From Acidobacteriota bacterium (GTDB lineage Bacteria; Acidobacteriota; UBA6911), in NCBI GenBank assembly GCA_963664705.1, contig OY761556.1, positions 4,608,001 to 4,672,000 on the forward strand: 64,000 nt of DNA, written 5' to 3'. Positions 41,281-51,037 of this stretch are shown piece after piece (position 1 is the stretch's first letter; every line of letters begins with the position of its first letter). The position numbers and the translations under genes are program-made. The notes beneath the pieces were generated by a model that saw nothing but the letters and a program-made list of their open reading frames with translations, did not search any database and was not told the DNA's origin.

Positions 41281-41399
41281 ATTTCAGATTCCAGATTCCA
41301 GATTTCAGATTTCAGATTCCAGATTCCAGATTCCAGATTCCGGATTCCAGATTCCGGATTCCGGATTTCAGATTCCGGATTTCAGATTCCGGATTCAAG
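41281..41399. repeat. Intergenic heptamer tandem array, 17 x ATTYCRG
   Basis: atttcag, attccag and attccgg units counted directly; the last unit is attcaag. Confidence 0.95.
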
Positions 41400-41426
41400 A
41401 CTGGAACTTGAATCGCAATGCATATC

Positions 41427-41520
41427 AGCCCCGGAGGGGCGATCAGAAAGTAGCCAGGGGTGAGCGCAGCGAACCCCTGGTAAAACAGTGAAAAAATAGC
41501 AGCCCTGAAGGGGCGAAAGA
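41427..41520. repeat. REP-like element
   Basis: agccccggaggggcga and agccctgaaggggcga flank a ccaggggt...acccctgg hairpin; related copy at 46345. Confidence 0.6.
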
Positions 41521-41560
41521 ACGGCAATTGCAAAAAGGCAAATGGCATTAGGCGAAAATA

Positions 41561-42613
41561 TCAACCGCAGGAACAGCCGCCGCCGGACCCGCAGTCCGAT
41601 TCCCCGGAGGCACTCTCAAACGGACCATAATGGATGCTGGTATCGCCCAGCACCCTGAAGTGCTTGCGATACCGTGTCTCGCTGATCATCGCCGCGGTAT
41701 TGCCACAGACCAGCATGGGTTTGTTGGTCTCAAACGTATGCTGATTATCCAGCGTGAACTGGAACGGACAATCGGCGATGGTGCCGAGATAGCAGGCTAC
41801 CTGGCCATAGTCTTCACAGATATCTTCCAACGACGATAGCTTGAAAGCTCGCACGGTCAGGGAGAAGAAATCTATCATCCCGACTTTCGCTTCAATGTCA
41901 GGATTGCCTATATGAACTGGGGTTGCAGACAGGATCCGATGATCCATGCACCCAACGTTACGCAGGAGTCTTCGGAAGTCCTCGATATACATGGCGCCGC
42001 CAAAACGTTCCCGCAACAGTATCAGATCGTCACTCAAAGCCGGTGGAACGCGGCGACCGGCAAAGATATCGGCAAACAGAAGCTCTCCGCCCGGCTTCAA
42101 AACGCGGAAAATTTCGGAGAAAACCTTCTCCTTCATTGGAGAAAGGTTGATAACGCAGTTGGAGATCACCACATCGATGGAATTGTCTTCAATGCCCGCA
42201 GAAGCGAGATCTTCAATATATCCCACTCGAAAATCGACATTGGATTTCTTCAATCCAAATCGTTTTGCCTGTCGCGCCTGATGCCGTCTGGCTACCTTTA
42301 TCTGTTCACTGGTCATGTCAATACCAATGACCGAGCCTTTCGGACCTACAAGCTTGGACGCGAGGTACACATCCCTTCCGCTGCCACAACCCAGATCCAA
42401 AACCGTGCAACCTTCAAGATCGGAGGGTATGGGGGAGCCGCAGCCATAGTATTTCTTGAGGACTTCATCATCGATCTCGGACAGGATCCTCCGATGGCTT
42501 TCCAAAGGAAAGTCTCCGCACATGCAGGCATTGCTCTTTAGGTCGGCGGTCTTTTTCAGAATCTTGCCATAGTACTTTTTTACATTTTCCAGTACGGCCC
42601 CGGCATTTTGCAT
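41561..42613 (-). CDS. arsM: Arsenite S-adenosylmethionine methyltransferase (ArsM/AS3MT-like)
   Basis: [54 protein letters not shown]; Cys-rich tail; AGGAG RBS. Confidence 0.82.
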   Translation of the reverse strand: MQNAGAVLENVKKYYGKILKKTADLKSNACMCGDFPLESHRRILSEIDDEVLKKYYGCGSPIPSDLEGCTVLDLGCGSGRDVYLASKLVGPKGSVIGIDMTSEQIKVARRHQARQAKRFGLKKSNVDFRVGYIEDLASAGIEDNSIDVVISNCVINLSPMKEKVFSEIFRVLKPGGELLFADIFAGRRVPPALSDDLILLRERFGGAMYIEDFRRLLRNVGCMDHRILSATPVHIGNPDIEAKVGMIDFFSLTVRAFKLSSLEDICEDYGQVACYLGTIADCPFQFTLDNQHTFETNKPMLVCGNTAAMISETRYRKHFRVLGDTSIHYGPFESASGESDCGSGGGCSCG

Positions 42614-42916
42614 CACTCCTCCTGACAGTAGTGGCGATCTACTCAACGTGCAATTAAATCCCAAATGTATTTGTGTTATCAAGAACTGATCGATGAAAAA
42701 CCGCTGGAGTAGAGGGAGGAATCTCTTGAGATTCGCGAGAAATAGGCGCCCTTTTTGAGGCAAATTTCACAAAATGCAAACTCGTAGCCTGGATCTCGCT
42801 AGGTAGTTTTGCCCCCGCGCAATTGCGTATTCCCCTCAATTGATCCAGGACCTTTCATCGCATCTAATGCACAACATATTTGTTCTGCTTCGGAGGCGGG
42901 TAACCGGACAGCAGCG

Positions 42917-43270
42917 ATGAGATATGTCACGGCGGCAATAATAGGGATTCTATTCGTGGGCAGTTTCTCCATGTCCATGATTGCCATGCTTCCGGACCAG
43001 CCTTTTGAAGATGCAGTCTGCTCCTGCCCGATGTGCAAGTTGGGTGATCCGGGTCATCATTGCAGTTGCTGCCTCAAAGGTCCAACCTGTACCTGCCGGA
43101 TGTCGACAGGAACTCCGGATCAGCCGCATTCGCAGGCATGGAAGCCGGCACTTCTGCGTGCCTTCTCGGGGCTTCTTCCAAAGCAGGTATTTGGAATTCT
43201 CCTTTTGCCTCTGTCCATTTCTTTGCGCTCGCCATTCCTTCCCGTTCCAACCCCACCTCCCAAGTTTTAG
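42917..43270 (+). CDS. Cys-rich exported leader protein, DUF2946/CruR/CutF-like
   Basis: Hydrophobic N-terminus; CSCPMC, HHCSCC and CTC clusters; C-terminal PVPTPPPKF; upstream of a copper receptor. Confidence 0.7.
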   Translation: MRYVTAAIIGILFVGSFSMSMIAMLPDQPFEDAVCSCPMCKLGDPGHHCSCCLKGPTCTCRMSTGTPDQPHSQAWKPALLRAFSGLLPKQVFGILLLPLSISLRSPFLPVPTPPPKF

Positions 43271-43436
43271 CCTGCAATCATAACGCGCCCATCACACGTG
43301 ATCAGGGATAGTCGAACTCGACCGACTCGCTTCGATATGCGGACAACGTCTGTACCTGATCATACTTCCAATGGATCCGTCCCTTACGAGGGAGCGAGGA
43401 GAGAACCCTCTCTTTCGCTTAAAAAACGGAGGCATT

Positions 43437-45743
43437 ATGCATACGACTATCCGCATCACGCTTCTATTTGTTTTGTTGATTGCCGCCACTGCAGGCATAT
43501 CCGCTCAATCCGCGCAGGGTGGAAGCATTGCCGTGACCCTGAAAGACCCGAATGGATCGGTTATCCGCGGGGGCGAGGTACTTATCAGAAACCTGGATTC
43601 TGAAACAACCGAATCTGCCTTTACCGACCAGGAAGGATGGCACATCTTTAAGTCTGTTCGTGCGGGAAGGTACCGCGTTTCGGCCTCCTATGAGGGCTTT
43701 GAAACGGCGGCCCGGGAGAATGTATCCGTTTCCGAGAAGAAAACATCTGTCGTGGATTTTGTGCTGAGCGTGCGTCAGAAAAACATTACGGTCGTTGTGA
43801 CGGCCCCCGCAATGATCCGGCCACTGATGGTGGAAACGGACCCCAGGGCACCCCGTCAACCCATCCCTGCCCAGGATGGAGCGGACTATCTGCAATCCGT
43901 TCCCGGTTTTTCCACCATCCGCAAGGGAGGTACGGACGGAGATCCTGTATTGCGCGGCATGGCCGGCTCGCGTCTGAATTTTCTATTGGACGGCCAGCAG
44001 ATTCTGGGCGGCTGTGGCGGCCGGATGGATCCGCCTACCGCCTATGTTTTTCCTGATGTTTACAAACGAATTACTGTGCTGAAAGGACCCCAGACTGTTT
44101 TGTATGGCCCCGGTGCATCGGCCGGAACGGTCCTGTTCGAAAGAGAGAGAAGGCGTGCGGAACTGGCGGAAATCAGGCTGGACAGTTCCGGCACCGTGGG
44201 CAGCTATGGCCGCCATGACGAAATGGTGGATGTGCGAACCGCGCTTCCGGCAGGATATGTTCAGGGAATTGCCACACGCTCTCATTCAGACAATTATCGC
44301 GATGGTACAGGAGCAGCGATCCATTCCTTCTACACCAAATGGAGTGGCAGCGCGGAATTAGGCTGGACGCCCGGCCCCGACACATCTCTTGCCGTATCGT
44401 TCCTGAAAAGCGATGGAGAGGCTGCCTACGCTGACCGCACAATGGATGGCTCCAAGTTCGCGCGCGATACTCTTAGCCTCCGCTTTGACAGGCAGCACAT
44501 TTCGTCTTTGCTGGATCGCCTGGAAACACAGGTTTTTTATAATTACATAGACCATGTAATGGACAACTACAACCTGCGCACACCCAGCATGATGTTTTCG
44601 GCCATGAACCCCGATCGTCAGACGATGGGTGGCCGCGCGGCCGCGACCCTATCGGTAAGCAAAACAACAACGCTGGTGATTGGGCTGGACTCCCAGCGCA
44701 ACATTCACAGAGGACGCAGTATCATGGGGGGAACATCAGCCAGCCAGGCAACAGCAGCCCTTTATGCATCCACTCGAAGAGAAGACATGCGCTTCTCGCA
44801 AATCGGAGTTTTTGGAGAGATCACGCATTTCTTTGGTACACGCAGCCGGCTGATTGGCGGTGTCCGGTCTGATTGGTTCAAGGCGACCGATAACAGGATG
44901 TGCGTGAATGCCATGATGTGCCCGGGAGCTTCACCGCTCAAGAATGATACGATGGGCGCGACAGATCGCAGGGCACTCCCGAGCGGATTCGCAAGGTTCG
45001 AGCGCGATTTCCGTCGAGGCAGTACCTTTTATATTGGGATGGGTCATGCAGAACGATCTCCGGACTACTGGGAGCGGCTCTACCAGGACTCGGTAACACT
45101 CAAAAGCGCCTTCCTGTCCACAAAACCTGAAAAGACTACGCAGCTTGACACGGGAATCGTCTGGAAATCGGATTCCTTATCGGGATCCATTTCGGGCTTT
45201 TACGGCAAAATAGGTGATTACATCCTGATTCGATGGAATCCGGCCCCGGTGCTGACCCGCAATGTCGACGCCACAACCATGGGAGCCGAAGGCGACGTGA
45301 CCTACAGGATCACGGACAATCTCAAAAGCAATGTCACCCTTGCCTACGTGCGATCCGACAATGACACAGATAATAAACCGCTGGCCCAGCAACCTCCGCT
45401 CGAAGCCATGATTGGATTGAATTACGACAACCATGCCTATTCCATCGGAGCCCTGGCCCGCCTGGTCGGAGCACAGCACCGCGTAGACATCGGTTCCGGG
45501 AACATTGTAGCCAACGGCATGGACTTGGGCTCAACGCCGGGATTCTCCATTTTCTCAATCAACGGCGGGTACCGGATCCGGCATGCAGTATTGTTTTCAG
45601 CCGGAATCGATAATCTGCTGAACAAAACCTATGCCGAGCACTTGAGCAAATCCGGAGCTCCAATTCCCGGATTTATCAGTCAACTGCGGATTCATGAACC
45701 GGGAAGAACCTTCTGGCTCAAAGCAAATTTCCTTATGGATTGA
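43437..45743 (+). CDS. oprC: TonB-dependent copper receptor (OprC/NosA family) with N-terminal carboxypeptidase-regulatory-like domain
   Basis: DPRAPRQPIPA.DGADYL, GGCGGRMDPPT (CxxxM), DHVMDNY (HxM), RSPDYWE, EPGRTFW. Confidence 0.9.
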   Translation: MHTTIRITLLFVLLIAATAGISAQSAQGGSIAVTLKDPNGSVIRGGEVLIRNLDSETTESAFTDQEGWHIFKSVRAGRYRVSASYEGFETAARENVSVSEKKTSVVDFVLSVRQKNITVVVTAPAMIRPLMVETDPRAPRQPIPAQDGADYLQSVPGFSTIRKGGTDGDPVLRGMAGSRLNFLLDGQQILGGCGGRMDPPTAYVFPDVYKRITVLKGPQTVLYGPGASAGTVLFERERRRAELAEIRLDSSGTVGSYGRHDEMVDVRTALPAGYVQGIATRSHSDNYRDGTGAAIHSFYTKWSGSAELGWTPGPDTSLAVSFLKSDGEAAYADRTMDGSKFARDTLSLRFDRQHISSLLDRLETQVFYNYIDHVMDNYNLRTPSMMFSAMNPDRQTMGGRAAATLSVSKTTTLVIGLDSQRNIHRGRSIMGGTSASQATAALYASTRREDMRFSQIGVFGEITHFFGTRSRLIGGVRSDWFKATDNRMCVNAMMCPGASPLKNDTMGATDRRALPSGFARFERDFRRGSTFYIGMGHAERSPDYWERLYQDSVTLKSAFLSTKPEKTTQLDTGIVWKSDSLSGSISGFYGKIGDYILIRWNPAPVLTRNVDATTMGAEGDVTYRITDNLKSNVTLAYVRSDNDTDNKPLAQQPPLEAMIGLNYDNHAYSIGALARLVGAQHRVDIGSGNIVANGMDLGSTPGFSIFSINGGYRIRHAVLFSAGIDNLLNKTYAEHLSKSGAPIPGFISQLRIHEPGRTFWLKANFLMD

Positions 45744-46028
45744 GGGCAAAACGAAAGGATGACCTGACGCATCGACGCGGATGCATTTGACATGGAGACC
45801 TGTTGCTCCATACAATAGCGCCGTTATGTGCGACATGCACCGCATCTACTCTATCCTGATTCGAGGTACCGTCGTCCGCCCGGACGACTTTCCGGATTTT
45901 ATGGCGGCTTAGTGCCTTTCTGCCTGGGCAACTCAATATAGGAAACTGAATGAGGCACTTTGCCGCCTGATCGGCTATTCCTGCCCGCAATTGAATTATC
46001 TGCAATCCATTGAGACAGGAGACGGTTG

Positions 46029-46301
46029 ATGAGTACTTTGAAGACAAGAACCATTAAGGAAATGGTGGAGAATAATCAGAAGGTTAGGTTCCGGTTTTAT
46101 CGCGATGGACAGCTCTGGTACGGAACGGAATGCGGTTTTGAGTTTCCGGTTCCCATCGCCGATGCCGGCACAGCCACCTTCCTGGCTGAAGACAAGGCGA
46201 TTCTTTTCATGCGCTATATTCGGAAACACCTGGAGTTCCTGAAGAAAAGTATAGAACAAAAGGGGAGTCTCGAATTCGGCGAAGGATCGATCCCTTCTTA
46301 G
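46029..46301 (+). CDS. Small hypothetical protein
   Basis: AGGAG RBS; YRDGQLWY..GFEFPVPI.D.G.ATFL.EDKAILFMRYIRK looks like a real globular protein. Confidence 0.72.
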   Translation: MSTLKTRTIKEMVENNQKVRFRFYRDGQLWYGTECGFEFPVPIADAGTATFLAEDKAILFMRYIRKHLEFLKKSIEQKGSLEFGEGSIPS

Positions 46302-46344
46302 TGTAGTCGGTAAGAAGTCCCTTGCCATTTGGGCTTCATTTATT

Positions 46345-46391
46345 AGCGCCGGAGGGGCGAAAGAAAATTGCTTCTTTCGCCCTTCCAGCGC
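46345..46391. repeat. REP-like inverted repeat related to the 41427 element
   Basis: agcgccggaggggcgaaaga ... tctttcgcccttccagcgc. Confidence 0.6.
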
Positions 46392-46520
46392 CCGGTAATT
46401 CCTCCTTCAGATCCGGGGTTCACAACGCAGGGATGACCTGACCCGGACTTTCTTGTTCTCTTGCAGAAGACAAACTGCTAGCCTAGAACCATGTCCGAAA
46501 ATTAGGATACCGTTTCGCCC

Positions 46521-46862
46521 ATGCACGAACAGAGCATCGTTGAATCGATTCTGACGCTGGCACTCCAGAATGCCGAGAAGGCTGACGCCCATAAGATCAT
46601 ACGCATCGATCTCGTGGTTGGCGATTTCACCGGCGTAGTTGAGGATGCAGTTAATTTCTATTTCGGTTTCCTGAGCCAGAACACTATTGCGGCCGGAGCC
46701 GCAATCCGCTACACACATGTTGCCGCGCAACTGCGCTGTCGCGACTGCGATCTGCTTTTCCCGCTGCAAAAGCGCAACTATCGCTGTCCCAAATGCGATG
46801 GCGTACGAGTAGAGATCGTCGGCGGGAGAGAGCTTTATATCGAGAATATGGAGGTGGAATAA
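46521..46862 (+). CDS. hypA: Nickel metallochaperone HypA
   Basis: MHE N-terminus, CRDC and CPKC zinc motifs, GRELYIENMEVE. Confidence 0.93.
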   Translation: MHEQSIVESILTLALQNAEKADAHKIIRIDLVVGDFTGVVEDAVNFYFGFLSQNTIAAGAAIRYTHVAAQLRCRDCDLLFPLQKRNYRCPKCDGVRVEIVGGRELYIENMEVE

Positions 46863-47524
46863 TGGCCGCCAGGACATTGACCATCAAAGCAAATATCCTC
46901 GGTGCGAATGCGGAAAAAGCCGAAGGCATCCACCAGTTGTTAAACCGTCATAATGTGCGGATGATCAACCTCATGTCCGCGCCGGGCTCCGGCAAAACCA
47001 GCCTCATTCTGCGAGCCATTGAACGATTGCGCGAAAAATACAGAATTGCCGTAATAGAAGGCGCCATTGCTTCATCCATCGATGCCGACCGGATTGCCAA
47101 ACAGAATATTCCCGCCATCCAAATCAACCCCGAAGGGGGATGCCATTTGGACGCGATCATGGTCCAGAAGGCTCTGCATGCTTTGGACCTGGATCACCTC
47201 GACCTGATATTTCTCGAAAACGTGGGCAACCTGGTCTGCACAGCCGACTTTGATCTGGGCGCACACAAAAATGTCGTGATTTTGAGCATACCGGAAGGGG
47301 ATGACAAGCCGCACAAATATCCAATCGTGTTTGTAGACGCAGATATTGTCCTGGTGAACAAGATCGATGTTCTACCCTATTTTGATTTTGATCTGAAAGC
47401 CTTTCCCGGGATAATCAGCGGCATGAATCCCACGGCCAGAGTTTTTGCCGTTTCTGCCAAAACAGGGGAAGGCATGGAAAACTGGCTGACATGGATTGAA
47501 AAAATGCTGTCATGTACCGTATAG
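46862..47524 (+). CDS. hypB: Nickel-insertion GTPase HypB
   Basis: SAPGSGKT, GCHLDA, ENVGNLVC, EGDDKPHKYP, NKID, SAKTG. Confidence 0.92.
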   Translation: MAARTLTIKANILGANAEKAEGIHQLLNRHNVRMINLMSAPGSGKTSLILRAIERLREKYRIAVIEGAIASSIDADRIAKQNIPAIQINPEGGCHLDAIMVQKALHALDLDHLDLIFLENVGNLVCTADFDLGAHKNVVILSIPEGDDKPHKYPIVFVDADIVLVNKIDVLPYFDFDLKAFPGIISGMNPTARVFAVSAKTGEGMENWLTWIEKMLSCTV

Positions 47525-47540
47525 CATCTGGGAGGAGCTT

Positions 47541-48644
47541 ATGGTGGGCAATAGCTATAAAGAGCTGTCTGATAAACTGGGAGTCTGGGAATCCGAGCGT
47601 TTCCTGAAAATACTGGCCGAGATGATGACGGCCGAAGAGGCAAAGATCTGCCTGGAATTGTTTGAGCCCGCCACCTGCAAGGAGTTAGCAGACAGACTGA
47701 GCTTGAGCGAGAAGGATCTCTCCGGACAGCTGGATGTTCTGGTGGATAAAGGAATGCTGACCAGGGGATTAACTCAATACGCTTTCCACACTACCCTGCT
47801 GGCATTTCATCATGAATGCGTCGCCGACACAGCACCGCACACCGGACCTTACGCCCTGTCTCAGAAAGCCAAAGAACTCTGGGCCGACTTTTTTTACAAC
47901 GAGTGGTCGTACCACTTCCTGACCCATTGGGAGGAATTCGTAAAGAAGACCGGCCGAAGTCTCCCGATTTGGCCGGCCATAGGAGCGCTGGAACGAAGTC
48001 CCAATATCAAACCGGAAGATCTTCTCCCTGAAGAAAACTGGAAACTGCGGATTGAAAACGCCAAAAGCAGAATTCTGGCGCCGTGCGGATGCCGGATATC
48101 CTGGGGACACCAATGTGACCTGCCGCTGATGACCTGTTTTGCCTGCTTTGACCGGCCCAGGGGCGAATATTACCTCAATCAGCCCGGCAGGCTTCTGAAA
48201 GAGGTCACACTGGAAGAGTCTCTTGAAATTGTAAAGCAGGCAGAAGAGGCCGGACTGGTCCATTGGGGAGACTGCTATTGCTGTGATTGCTGCTGTGAGA
48301 ACCTTTATCCGGTAAAACGGGATAAACGTTGGGATCTGATGACGCCAAATCGGTTTTTGGCGGTGGTGGACGAAGAGACCTGCACCGGCTGCGGGATATG
48401 CGTTGATCGTTGCCCGTTTGAAGCAATCGAGATGAAGCCTGACGCATCTTCAAGCGAACAGAAATGCTCCGTCAATCCGGAGCGGTGCAAAGGTTGCGGT
48501 CTTTGTATCATCACCTGCGCCCCCAATGCCCTGACCTATGAGATCGTTAGACCGCCGGAATACCTGAAGCCAAAGCCTCCCGAAGGACAATCGGAGGAGC
48601 CCGTACACTTTATCCCTGTCTGGGGACAATATTTCCTCAAATAA
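47541..48644 (+). CDS. 4Fe-4S dicluster protein with N-terminal HTH-like region
   Basis: GGAGG RBS; PCGCR, CYCCDCCC, CTGCGICVDRCP, CKGCGLCIITC. Confidence 0.85.
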   Translation: MVGNSYKELSDKLGVWESERFLKILAEMMTAEEAKICLELFEPATCKELADRLSLSEKDLSGQLDVLVDKGMLTRGLTQYAFHTTLLAFHHECVADTAPHTGPYALSQKAKELWADFFYNEWSYHFLTHWEEFVKKTGRSLPIWPAIGALERSPNIKPEDLLPEENWKLRIENAKSRILAPCGCRISWGHQCDLPLMTCFACFDRPRGEYYLNQPGRLLKEVTLEESLEIVKQAEEAGLVHWGDCYCCDCCCENLYPVKRDKRWDLMTPNRFLAVVDEETCTGCGICVDRCPFEAIEMKPDASSSEQKCSVNPERCKGCGLCIITCAPNALTYEIVRPPEYLKPKPPEGQSEEPVHFIPVWGQYFLK

Positions 48645-48656
48645 GCGCTTTGTCCA

Positions 48657-48698
48657 ATTTGAGAAATTCGTGGCTTTTGCGCCACGAATTTCTCAAAT
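48657..48698. terminator. Perfect 18-bp inverted repeat between convergent genes (same family as 32667)
   Basis: atttgagaaattcgtggc ttttgc gccacgaatttctcaaat. Confidence 0.65.
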
Positions 48699-48709
48699 GC
48701 AGCGTCTCG

Positions 48710-51037
48710 CTATCTGGATCTTTTGTATTTTTCAGTGCGGCTGTCCCGGATAGCCCCGCTCCAGTTCAGTCCATATCCGAAATCGTACGCATTGCCGGCA
48801 GAATCCACGTAGCACCTGAGATCGAAGGGAACATCCTCTTTCTGCTCCTCCACGGTTTTCATGTCTGCCGGCATCTGCAGAGGCAACAATCCGGAAGGCT
48901 CCACAACCCCTGTGAGGACATCCATCAGCGCCTGATCCTGGACATCGAAAGCAGCCACAATCGCATCTGCCTCTTTCTCAAACTCACCGAAGATCATGGG
49001 CTTGGAAATATTGACGATGACGATGACCGGCTTTCCTCGCATGACTTTCCTGGCATCCAAAACCATCTTGAGGTCTCCCGCGTTGGTCGAGACAACCGAC
49101 TTGCCTTTGTAGGTTCGGTTGGTGAATTGTTCAAAGGGATCGCCGCCGGCCAGGCTCGGATCACGCGCATCGGTCGCCCTATAGGGACTGTACTGCAAAC
49201 TGATCGGTACATATCCGGTTCCTCCCTTTGAAACATCAGTCCCGTCATAACCGCTGCCCGCATTGGGGCTGTTGATGACAACCAGGGCAAAGTCCGCCTC
49301 AGCCGGATTATCGGTAACCGGGAAAAACTTTCCCACAATGGCCATGTTGATGGGGTATGCGAGAGAGGCGGGTGTTTCCATGCCAAAGAAGTCTCTGCCC
49401 GCCGGCGTGAACCTCTTTGGCACATAAACGATTTTGCGGCTGCGGATGGGAAGAGCCTTGTCTCTGTTCTTCAGCATCACGAGCGATTTCAACTGCGCAG
49501 CATAGCCTTGCCTCATAAAGTCCGGATTCCCTACCGTAGACTTGGTTGCGGCGACATCCAGGTAGGGATTCTCAAACAGACCGACACGAAACATGTTCCG
49601 CAGCAGGCGAACCGCCGATAGTTCCATGCGTGCACGCATCAGCTTTTCGCCATGCTCCTTGACGCCCATGTTGTAGGCTTCAATTACCGGTCCGGCTTCA
49701 TTATTTCCTCCGAACTGGTCGACCCCGGCCATGATGATTTTGTAGTGCCTTTGAACAACCGTCAGCTTTTCTGAGCCCCAGCAGGTGGTTCCGAAACTCG
49801 TAACGGCCGCTTCGTCTTTGGTGACCCCCCAATCGGTGCAGACCACGCCGTCATAGGAATACCTTCCGCGCAGCAGGTCGCTGATCAGGTATTTGCTGTA
49901 GCTGTTGCCCACATTTTCCTTGCTGGCGGCATCGATACCATAGGAGATTGTGTAGTATGGCATGACCGCTGCGGCCATATGAGTACTTCCCGCAAGTTTG
50001 AATGCGCCTTCCGTAAACGGAATCAGGTGATCGGCAAAATTGTTGCCCGGATACACGGCATATTTGCCATAGGCAAAATGGGCGTCCCGGCCGCCTTCTT
50101 CCGGTCCGCCACCCGGCCAATGCTTCACCATGGCATTCACGCTGGCATAACCCCAGCCTGCCGAAATTTCCTTATCTCCCGTGGAGGTTTGAAATCCATC
50201 GACATAGGCGCGAGCCATGTCCGCGGAAAGCTGCGGGCTTTCGCCAAAAGTTCCGCTCACGCGGCTCCACCGCGGCTCCGTGGCAAGATCAATTTGAGGC
50301 GACAGTGCCGTCGTGATACCCAGCGCGCGATATTCTCTCGCCGCGATCTTCCCGAATTGTCGCACCAGTTCCGGATCAAAAGTGGCGGCCATGCCCAGGG
50401 ATCCCGGCCACATCGATATTTTTCCGCCGGAACCCGCATTGTACTCGGCGTCTGCCACTGTCCGATGCCGAGGGTCAGAACTGTTATTGGCCGGGATCCC
50501 AAGCGGGAGGCTCTCGCACAGGGCCTGCACGTTATTATTCCAGCGGGCCGCGATTTCCGGACTTTCCACCGTGGTGATGAGAATGTGCCGAAGATTGTCC
50601 TCGGTGAGGAATTTCTTCTGGTTGTCGGTCAGATCGGAGGCATCAGCGCCGCTCTCCGCAAAGGGTTTGCCTCCGTAGGTAGCGGCAAACCTCCCTCCCG
50701 CAGCCGGTATAGCCTGGTGGGCACTGTAGAGCATGAGTCCGGCGATTTGCCGGATGTCCAACCTGGAGGCAAGATCCCTCGCTCTCTCATCTGCCGACAA
50801 CCGCCAGTCCTCGTAAGGATCGAGCTTTCCATTCCGGTTCAGATCTTTGAAGGCAAAGCCCCCGGCAGTAAGCATCTTAACGCCTGAGGCAGTGGAGTAC
50901 GCCAGCGTCTGCCCGCCCTTGTTCACAACGGTTTTGATCGGACCATTGCCCGTTTCAGTCCACCGCTTGCAGCCGGATAGCGACAGACACGCCATCAATG
51001 CCGATATCAGAAAGAAACAACGCCATTCAGTTTTCAT
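48710..51037 (-). CDS. Glycoside hydrolase family 3 (beta-glucosidase/xylosidase) lipoprotein
   Basis: LSGC lipobox; EPRWSR, VKHWPG, VMPYY, VCTDWG nucleophile motif, PSGLLP. Confidence 0.92.
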   Translation of the reverse strand: MKTEWRCFFLISALMACLSLSGCKRWTETGNGPIKTVVNKGGQTLAYSTASGVKMLTAGGFAFKDLNRNGKLDPYEDWRLSADERARDLASRLDIRQIAGLMLYSAHQAIPAAGGRFAATYGGKPFAESGADASDLTDNQKKFLTEDNLRHILITTVESPEIAARWNNNVQALCESLPLGIPANNSSDPRHRTVADAEYNAGSGGKISMWPGSLGMAATFDPELVRQFGKIAAREYRALGITTALSPQIDLATEPRWSRVSGTFGESPQLSADMARAYVDGFQTSTGDKEISAGWGYASVNAMVKHWPGGGPEEGGRDAHFAYGKYAVYPGNNFADHLIPFTEGAFKLAGSTHMAAAVMPYYTISYGIDAASKENVGNSYSKYLISDLLRGRYSYDGVVCTDWGVTKDEAAVTSFGTTCWGSEKLTVVQRHYKIIMAGVDQFGGNNEAGPVIEAYNMGVKEHGEKLMRARMELSAVRLLRNMFRVGLFENPYLDVAATKSTVGNPDFMRQGYAAQLKSLVMLKNRDKALPIRSRKIVYVPKRFTPAGRDFFGMETPASLAYPINMAIVGKFFPVTDNPAEADFALVVINSPNAGSGYDGTDVSKGGTGYVPISLQYSPYRATDARDPSLAGGDPFEQFTNRTYKGKSVVSTNAGDLKMVLDARKVMRGKPVIVIVNISKPMIFGEFEKEADAIVAAFDVQDQALMDVLTGVVEPSGLLPLQMPADMKTVEEQKEDVPFDLRCYVDSAGNAYDFGYGLNWSGAIRDSRTEKYKRSR

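Noticed and set aside
41281-41399. Heptamer array as a CRISPR or as a coding ORF (41312..41548)
   Set aside because: No spacers; the ORF is a by-product of the repeat and the REP-like element.
41561-41563. Sec read-through at the TGA ending arsM (CSCG*)
   Set aside because: A Cys-rich tail is a normal ArsM C-terminus, and the downstream frame runs into repeat DNA with no domain continuation.
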